Below the pieces are notes generated by a model, which worked only from the letters and a program-made list of their open reading frames with translations, made no database searches and was not told the DNA's origin. From NCBI GenBank assembly GCA_963695855.1, contig CAVOHZ010000010.1, positions 480,001 to 544,000 of the forward strand: a stretch of 64,000 nucleotides of DNA. The letters are read 5' to 3'. Shown piece after piece: positions 57,206 to 64,000 of this stretch. Position numbers and translations under genes: made by a program. Within the stretch, counting starts at the first letter, position 1; each line of letters begins with the position of its first letter. The stretch comes from an uncultured Nitrososphaerales archaeon. Its GTDB lineage: Archaea > Thermoproteota > Nitrososphaeria > Nitrososphaerales > Nitrososphaeraceae.

Positions 57206-57613
57206 ATGATAAATGAATTTGAAGAGATTTTATTCAGACCACAGAGGAAGCTAGTGGTATCAAATAGAGATATTAATTTGGCAGAAAACTTCGAAAATAA
57301 ACTATTTCTTCTCATAGTCGATGAATCTAAAGGCTCTGCAGGAGGGAGAGGAGGAGGCTCTGGTCACAGAAAAATTACAAGAGTAATTGGATTTGAATAC
57401 AACAATGACAAGAATATAAATAAGGTTTTTGATACAAGCGAAGAGGAAATAATTGAAAAATTTGAAATTCCTTATAGTGCTGTGGCAATGGATATAACAC
57501 TGTCAGATAGAAAGAAATTTGTTGTTCAAGGAATCGTAGATCCCTTTTTAGTACAAGACTATTGGAAAATAATCGCCACTGTCAAGAACTCGGATTATAT
57601 AGATAACATATAA
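57206..57613 (+). CDS. Hypothetical protein
   Basis: ORF with Gly-rich loop GSAGGRGGGSG. Confidence 0.7.
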   Translation: MINEFEEILFRPQRKLVVSNRDINLAENFENKLFLLIVDESKGSAGGRGGGSGHRKITRVIGFEYNNDKNINKVFDTSEEEIIEKFEIPYSAVAMDITLSDRKKFVVQGIVDPFLVQDYWKIIATVKNSDYIDNI

Positions 57614-57625
57614 GGGGTCACAGGA

Positions 57626-57787
57626 TTGGTATTTAAAAATAAAGAACTCATAGGTGCGGAAATAGTGGGAACGGGATCGGATTTCATTGTTATCGAAAAG
57701 GAAAAAAAAAGATATTTAATTGAAGTTAATTTCAAAACTTTAAAAGAGTTGAAGAATTCCACGACGCCATATGGATCACAGGTTTAG
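57626..57787 (+). CDS. 53-aa hypothetical microprotein (not in ORF track)
   Basis: TTG start; VFKNKELIGAEIVGTGSDFIVIEK...; fills the gap before top6B. Confidence 0.45.
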   Translation: MVFKNKELIGAEIVGTGSDFIVIEKEKKRYLIEVNFKTLKELKNSTTPYGSQV

Positions 57788-57857
57788 CTTCATAATTTCG
57801 GAATTACTATTAAAATCCTAAAAGATAAATTGAGCATATAAATAAAACCCTTATCTA

Positions 57858-59825
57858 TTGAAATCTCTTGCTAAATTAGATTTAGAATATCAAAATAACG
57901 ATAAGAAAATTCGCAAAATATCTAATAATAATCATGATATTAAAAAAATTAAAGTAAAATATCACAGGAAAGCAGAATCTGAATTTTTCGTGGATAATTC
58001 TGCTTTAGCTGGATTTACTGGAGAACGTATTCTTTATATGGCAATAAGAGAACTAATAGAAAATTCACTAGACTCTTGCGAAGCAAATCATATACTACCA
58101 GAGATAATGATATCATTAAAACAAATTGACCCGATAAATGATTTGTGGTCCATTTCATGCAGCGATAACGGAATCGGGATACCTGCAGAAAAAGTTCCCG
58201 TAGCTGTATGTTCTTTCCTAACTTCTGGAAAATATGTGGAAAAACAACAGAGAGGATTATTTGGCGTAGGTCTGAAAATGATAGCTGCATTTTCTACAAA
58301 AGATACGGATAGACCACTTCAGGTATGGTCAAAAGCGATTGAAGAGGCGATAGAATACTATCATGAACTTAGAACTGATATATCTACAAATAAAGCAGTT
58401 GTTTTAGCCAAAAGGATTGTATCTGATTCGGAGTCAATAATAAATAAAGAACATGGATTTCATATTTCTGCAACTCTAAGGGCTAGATTATCTCCGGTTA
58501 CAAAGAACAAGATCTATGATTACGTTACTCAAACCAGCGTAGTAAATCCATACGCGAACATTACATTTGAAAATCATGAAGGAAAAATAGTATTTAAAAG
58601 AAGGACCGAGAAAATGCCTGAGCCAGCTAAGGAGGTTCTTCCTCATCCAGCAGATATGGATTTGCAAACTTTAAAAAAAGCAATTTTTAACTTTATGAAC
58701 CAAAAAACAACAATACAAGGGGTATTAACAACCTCATTTCAAAAACTATCTAACGAGAAGGCAAAAGAAATAATAAATATTGCTGAGATACATAATAAAC
58801 CATCAAATCAATATTCAGAACAGGAATTAATTAAAATAGTCAATGTATGTAAACAGACAAAATTTCAATCTCCTAATACAGAGCATTTAAGTCCCATCGG
58901 GGAACAAATATTAACAGCAGGTATGACATCTGAATACTCTATAATAAACAATAAGCAACAAAATTCTGGTCAAAATGGACATATGAATCAGCAGAACCTC
59001 AAAGTAACAATTCTAAAACCTGCACTCACTTCATATTCTTCTCGTTCTACTGTAATAAACAACAGACCAACTATTATCGAATGTGGAATAGCTTATGGAG
59101 GCGATATAGGTTCTTTCAAATTGTACAGATTTGCTAATAAGATACCGTTGTTATATGATGAGGGATCTGACGTTGCTAGGGAGGTAGTATCAGAAGTTGG
59201 AATTAACAAAATGGGAATAACAAAAAAAGAAGCAAAAGAACATTTTGGAAGCGAACAAAATAATACAAAGTCAGAAAGAGCAGTCGAATTCCTACCAATT
59301 CACATTTTTTTCCATATTTGTTCTACAAAAATTCCCTATAAAAGCGCAGGAAAGGAAAGTATTGCATCAGAAGGCGATATGAAAAGATACATGAAATTTT
59401 GCCTTTCCGATCTTTATAGAAAAGTTAGTGCTCAAATCCGCAGGGATCTGAAAATAAAGGATGCAGAAAACAGATTAAAACTCTACAAATTTTATATTCC
59501 ACTTATAACTGAAGCGATATCTGATTCGATAGCTATTGATATCGAGAAATTAACCCAGGCGTTTAATTATATTGCAGAAAGCCACGTGAATGGAGAAATA
59601 ATCTCGAAAGAAAACAAAAAAAACAAAAATGATGAATTGAAAGATAAACATATGAATGCTAATAAAAATATAAGTTCTAAAGAAAAGTTCAAAACGTCTA
59701 AAATAGAGAACAAGAAGAATAATGTAAGAAAAGAAAAGGGAGGTAAAAAGATTGCCGTTGAAACTAAAATGAATAAACAAAAAAATTCGGAAAAAGTGAC
59801 ACTTCACGATTTTAATTTAAGGTGA
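57858..59825 (+). CDS. top6B: DNA topoisomerase VI subunit B
   Basis: RELIENSLD, DNGIGI, QRGLFGVG, RFANKIPL, KIPYKSAGKE. Confidence 0.95.
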   Translation: MKSLAKLDLEYQNNDKKIRKISNNNHDIKKIKVKYHRKAESEFFVDNSALAGFTGERILYMAIRELIENSLDSCEANHILPEIMISLKQIDPINDLWSISCSDNGIGIPAEKVPVAVCSFLTSGKYVEKQQRGLFGVGLKMIAAFSTKDTDRPLQVWSKAIEEAIEYYHELRTDISTNKAVVLAKRIVSDSESIINKEHGFHISATLRARLSPVTKNKIYDYVTQTSVVNPYANITFENHEGKIVFKRRTEKMPEPAKEVLPHPADMDLQTLKKAIFNFMNQKTTIQGVLTTSFQKLSNEKAKEIINIAEIHNKPSNQYSEQELIKIVNVCKQTKFQSPNTEHLSPIGEQILTAGMTSEYSIINNKQQNSGQNGHMNQQNLKVTILKPALTSYSSRSTVINNRPTIIECGIAYGGDIGSFKLYRFANKIPLLYDEGSDVAREVVSEVGINKMGITKKEAKEHFGSEQNNTKSERAVEFLPIHIFFHICSTKIPYKSAGKESIASEGDMKRYMKFCLSDLYRKVSAQIRRDLKIKDAENRLKLYKFYIPLITEAISDSIAIDIEKLTQAFNYIAESHVNGEIISKENKKNKNDELKDKHMNANKNISSKEKFKTSKIENKKNNVRKEKGGKKIAVETKMNKQKNSEKVTLHDFNLR

Positions 59826-60937
59826 GAATTTTGCCAGTCGGAAATAGAAGACACAAAGAGATAATAAAAAAAATACAACAAATAATGAAAAGGGTTTCAG
59901 ACGATGTTCTGGTCGAAAACAAAATGCCATCACTAGAAGTTTCAAAGGTAGGTTATGATAATACTTTTTGGTCTGAAAAAAAGAGAATGCTTACGATCGG
60001 AGAAAAGAAGGTTGTAGTGAGTCCAAACAGTATTAAAAAGATCCCAACTTTTGCACAATATCTTGTCATGGCAAATGCAGTCAGAAGATTACTCGACGAA
60101 GAAATGGAAAGTACAATTAGAGGAATGTATTATGCAACTTTGAGTACGGTAGGTGATGAGAAAAATAAAGAAAAATTTTGGAAAGGTCAAGAGGATTCAG
60201 ACAATGCCATCAAAGCAGTTGAATTAATAACAGGCATACCTAGAGAAGAATTTTCTGTGACTTCCAAGCCAAAAGGAATGATCTCGGGTCCAATAACTTT
60301 GAGAGTAGGCGGAGATATTATAGATTGCAATTTGGGAAGTAGAGCTACCTCACAGCTGATACCAACCAATATACTTGATGTTGAAATAATTAATGTTAAA
60401 GCAGACTTTGTGATGGTTGTAGAAAAAGATACTGTACTAAATAACATAAGAAAATCGGGTTTTATTCAGAAATATAACGCCATTCTTATGACAGGTTCAG
60501 GGGAGCCAGATAGGGCAACAAGGATGATGGTCAGGATGCTTAGTGAAAAATGGAAGAAACCTGTTGTAGTTTTTGCCGATGCAGATCCATGGGGCTTAGG
60601 CATAGCTTTGAGATACAAGATAGGAAGCGAATCTTTAAGTTATGATAGTGATAGATTGGTGACTCCAAATGCTAAAGTACTTGGAATGATGTTTTCTGAT
60701 ATATATGACTATAACATTCCAGAGGTAGCAAGATTAACAGCTTCTCAAGAGGACATTAATCGGGCTAATGATATGAAGAAAAAACCATGGTTACAAGAAA
60801 AACAGTGGCAAAATCAACTAAATATTTTTTTGAAGAGAAAGGAAAAATGCGAATTAGACGCATTTTTTAAGCATGGTTTTAAATACTTAGCAGAAGTTTA
60901 TCTACCAAGAAAATTACAGGAAGCTGGAGTAATATAG
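59822..60937 (+). CDS. top6A: DNA topoisomerase VI subunit A
   Basis: TIRGMYY (catalytic Tyr), VEKD, DADPWG; overlaps the top6B stop. Confidence 0.95.
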   Translation: MRILPVGNRRHKEIIKKIQQIMKRVSDDVLVENKMPSLEVSKVGYDNTFWSEKKRMLTIGEKKVVVSPNSIKKIPTFAQYLVMANAVRRLLDEEMESTIRGMYYATLSTVGDEKNKEKFWKGQEDSDNAIKAVELITGIPREEFSVTSKPKGMISGPITLRVGGDIIDCNLGSRATSQLIPTNILDVEIINVKADFVMVVEKDTVLNNIRKSGFIQKYNAILMTGSGEPDRATRMMVRMLSEKWKKPVVVFADADPWGLGIALRYKIGSESLSYDSDRLVTPNAKVLGMMFSDIYDYNIPEVARLTASQEDINRANDMKKKPWLQEKQWQNQLNIFLKRKEKCELDAFFKHGFKYLAEVYLPRKLQEAGVI

Positions 60938-61055
60938 CAAGTATTTTAGGATCATTATGACAACCAAAGTCTAGACTTGGAATTGTTAATTGTAAAATAT
61001 TGTGATTTCTCAAATTCAGTCAATTTTCTAGTCCAACGGTAACAAAGATTACTTA

Positions 61056-61090
61056 GAGCCTATCCCAAAATTAACCCACCGTAAACAATA
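61056..61090. mobile_element. Solo terminal fragment of the same IS5-family element
   Basis: TTA then GAGCCTATCCCAAAATTA...GTAAACAAT, matching 49076-49110; no partner TIR seen. Confidence 0.8.
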
Positions 61091-61780
61091 TAATGGGCTT
61101 ACTCTGCTTGAAGGGATCCTTCAAAATAGAAAGATAAAGATAGTGCTCTCCTGACAGAGTCGTATTATTGTAATTCAAATATGTTACATAATCATATAAC
61201 AGAATGTATTTTCGATAATATGCTATGCTATGATAATCTTTATTTTATTTAATGGGTTTTAGGTTTTCAATCCTTCAATTTGTCATGTTGGAATATAAAA
61301 ATTGTAAAACCAAAAATACTTATGGTTCATTTTTAAAAATATTTTTTAGGTTTTTAATGTAATAGATTAACAATCCCAATGACATACGACTAAATAATTA
61401 GAATCAAAAAAGAGTAAAACACGTTAAAATTAAACCAATAAAAAGAATATTGCGGAAAATAAAGATTTCAGCTTATTATATAGTATTCAAACAAAAGAAC
61501 AATTTCAATTTAAAATGAAATTTTGAATATTTCGTCAATTTTCCTAAAATCGATACTGTTTTCAACCTTATTTTTCGTATCTGTTCACTATTTGTATGTT
61601 ATTAAAATACCAAAAATATTCAAATAATCGTATTATTTGTTCTTTTTATCAGAAGTGCATTTGTCAGTTTTTTTCGGGATTTATTGGGCAATGGAAGAAA
61701 TATCACGAAAGCGAATGTACTCGCCATTTTTAAGATTAGACAAACTTTTTATGATGAGATGTGATCTATTATCCTATCGA

Positions 61781-61966
61781 ATGTTGGAAGCAAAATGCCA
61801 TAAATGTGATAAGAGTGCACAAGTTAATGACGATATGACAATGGTGAGCTGTCCCCACTGTTTGTCAGAAATATCTTACGAAGAATACTTAGAAATAATG
61901 AAAAACAGAGCATTAAATATGGGGTTTGATTACCAAGGTAATTTTAACAATAATAAGTTTAGTTGA
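61781..61966 (+). CDS. Small zinc-ribbon protein
   Basis: MLEAKCHKC...SCPHC; ATG at 61781 preferred over the TTG at 61637. Confidence 0.7.
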   Translation: MLEAKCHKCDKSAQVNDDMTMVSCPHCLSEISYEEYLEIMKNRALNMGFDYQGNFNNNKFS

Positions 61967-61981
61967 TTATCTATTTATAAA

Positions 61982-63244
61982 TTATTTTATAATACCCGCT
62001 CCAATTAATCTCCACCTTTCTCCAATCTTTCTGCTTAGTGCTATACGACTGTTTTGTATAAGGCAAATTGGTTTTTTTAATTTTATTTCTATTTTTTTAT
62101 CTCTAGAATTAGTCACGAGTGCGGTAGTAGCAGATGTGCCTATATTTACTCTAAGAGGTTCACCCTTCTTTATTGGATCAACTTTAACCAATTCTTGAGT
62201 GCCTACCGCAGTATCAAAAAGATTTGTTTCGACAGATATATCATATACATCTTCAGGAAGCGTTCCCGGTTTGCCAACAACCGATCCAATCAGAGAATCA
62301 CTCTTTACAAAGGAGGGATCTAATGTAGTGCCAATTGATACCAAACCACCAGGTTTGACATTTTCTACCAATCCTGCACCTGTTCCTAGGCCAGAAATTT
62401 TAGAGTAAATTACCTGGTATTTTCCTTTACTATTTAATAATCCTGGCCTTATTTCTATATCATCTCCAATATTAAATTCTCCTTGAATCAAAGCACCACC
62501 AATTGCTCCACCATTTATTTCATCTATGCGCAGCCCCGGTTTATTTATGTCAAATGACCTTAAAACATGCATTATTGGGAAAGTACTTTTATTTCTTTCA
62601 GGAGTTTTGATGTAATTTTCAACTGATTCTATTAATAGATCGATATTGACATTATGTTGAGCAGAAATGGGAATTATAGAGGCATCTTTGGCAACTGAAC
62701 TACTAACAAAATCTTTAATTTGATCATAATTTTCCAAAGCGCTATCTTTTTCGGTTAAATCGACCTTATTCTGCACAATTACAATCTGTTTAATTCCTAG
62801 TACCTCAAGAGCAAGCATATGTTCTCTCGTCTGAGGTTTGGGGACAGACTCATTGGCAGCGATTACAAGGATAGCCCCGTCCATCAAGCCTGCTCCAGAT
62901 AACATATTTGCCATCAAACTTTCATGTCCTGGAGAATCCACAAAACTTACCACGCGTAATAAATTGCTTTCTTTACCACAATTATTACATTTTGGTTGTG
63001 TCGAATAACATTCTGGAGCTGGGCAGTCTGTACATTTATAAAAAGCTGCATCGGCATATCCGACTTTTATTGTAATTCCTCGCCTCAATTCCTCACTATG
63101 AGCACTAGTCCAAACTCCAGTTATAGCTTCGATAAGTGTTGTTTTTCCATGATCCACATGTCCTGAAGTTCCGATGTTAATATTAGGTTGATAACCATAA
63201 TCTTTAATGTACCAATCAGGCAGAGTTTCTTTCCAGTGCAACAT
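61982..63244 (-). CDS. eif2g: Translation initiation factor 2 subunit gamma
   Basis: GHVDHGKTT, RRGITIKVGY, Zn knuckle, DSPGHE, QNKVD, WRLIG. Confidence 0.97.
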   Translation of the reverse strand: MLHWKETLPDWYIKDYGYQPNINIGTSGHVDHGKTTLIEAITGVWTSAHSEELRRGITIKVGYADAAFYKCTDCPAPECYSTQPKCNNCGKESNLLRVVSFVDSPGHESLMANMLSGAGLMDGAILVIAANESVPKPQTREHMLALEVLGIKQIVIVQNKVDLTEKDSALENYDQIKDFVSSSVAKDASIIPISAQHNVNIDLLIESVENYIKTPERNKSTFPIMHVLRSFDINKPGLRIDEINGGAIGGALIQGEFNIGDDIEIRPGLLNSKGKYQVIYSKISGLGTGAGLVENVKPGGLVSIGTTLDPSFVKSDSLIGSVVGKPGTLPEDVYDISVETNLFDTAVGTQELVKVDPIKKGEPLRVNIGTSATTALVTNSRDKKIEIKLKKPICLIQNSRIALSRKIGERWRLIGAGIIK

Positions 63245-63317
63245 CGTCTTTTATTTTATTGAGGGATATTAAGGTAATTGAGGTTCTTAAAAAATGATAT
63301 CTAAAAAAACAAAGATA

Positions 63318-63743
63318 CTAGCTGACCGGTTTAATTGATTCATTAATATCCTCTGAATTCTCAGGTCGTGTTAGATTAACACCCTCTAACATACAATTTA
63401 ATTGGTATATTTCTTCAGTGATCATATTTCCCCGAACAAGTTTTCTTATCCTTTTACCCTCACTAGAATCGTTCATCCCTACTCCCTTGCTTAACAATAC
63501 ATATTTTTTTACTCCTCCATGAACATCTGAGCGCATTGGAGTCCCAGATTTGTCACTACCTCCAGTGACTTTTAATTTCCCACCAGAGACGCCGATAGTG
63601 GTAGAATCAAATGAGTCACCTATTTTTCCACCAAGAAATGGTTGCGCCTCTTTATCTTTAAGTTCATGGGACACACTCTTACCCTTTTTATCAGATACTA
63701 CTACTTTGAAATTAACCAACAAAAAATCAACCAATTTAATCAT
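63318..63743 (-). CDS. rps6e: 30S ribosomal protein S6e
   Basis: KVTGGSDKSGTPMR.DV.G, G.RIRKLVRGN; true start probably a few codons downstream. Confidence 0.95.
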   Translation of the reverse strand: MIKLVDFLLVNFKVVVSDKKGKSVSHELKDKEAQPFLGGKIGDSFDSTTIGVSGGKLKVTGGSDKSGTPMRSDVHGGVKKYVLLSKGVGMNDSSEGKRIRKLVRGNMITEEIYQLNCMLEGVNLTRPENSEDINESIKPVS

Positions 63744-63793
63744 TAATTAATCTTTGCAAAGGGTTAAAATTCAAAAAAATATAGATGATTATT

Positions 63794-63931
63794 ATGGAAG
63801 AAAAATATCCTCAAGAGGCTGTGTATTGTCCTAGATGTGAGAATATAATGATCCATTTACAAACTTGCCATCTAAGGTGTAGCAAATGTGGTACAGAATT
63901 GACCTGCTCTGATAAAGGAAATTTTTGGTGA
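63794..63931 (+). CDS. 45-aa Cys-rich zinc-finger microprotein (not in ORF track)
   Basis: MEEKYPQEAVYCPRCE...TCHLRCSKCG.ELTCSDKGNFW*. Confidence 0.75.
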   Translation: MEEKYPQEAVYCPRCENIMIHLQTCHLRCSKCGTELTCSDKGNFW

Positions 63932-64000
63932 CCTGTAATAACAATAAAAACAATATCAATACACGAATATAAAAAAATATATATAAACAAGTAATTAATA

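Overview
AT-rich archaeal chromosome segment, almost certainly from a soil ammonia-oxidising archaeon (Nitrososphaeraceae). Markers include 4-hydroxybutyryl-CoA dehydratase of the 3HP/4HB cycle, BluB, Alba, histone, SMC, topo VI A/B, aIF2-gamma, S6e, AglB and an intron-containing tRNA-Cys. The first ~6 kb is the end of an integrated mobile element. It carries a terminase large subunit missed by the ORF track (running off the left edge), a TerS-like HTH gene, Cys-rich secreted cargo genes, an iteron/inverted-repeat ori candidate, a divergent MCM helicase and an RHH regulator. Three other observations stand out. (i) Two adjacent small-laccase-type multicopper oxidase genes have lost complementary halves of their copper ligands, suggesting an obligate heteromeric enzyme; one partner is fused to a cupredoxin, a His-rich beta-propeller and a long (QQQP)n tail. 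(ii) An MshC-like CysRS paralogue lacking the anticodon domain and with an altered Zn site is coupled to a GNAT acetyltransferase, an MshC/MshD-like layout. (iii) AglB is fused to a cyclophilin. Also present are a complete but degenerate IS5-family element with a 7x23-bp expansion, a solo IS end, divergent DHS paralogues and many unannotated zinc-finger microproteins. All family calls come from motif recognition by eye; no searches were run.
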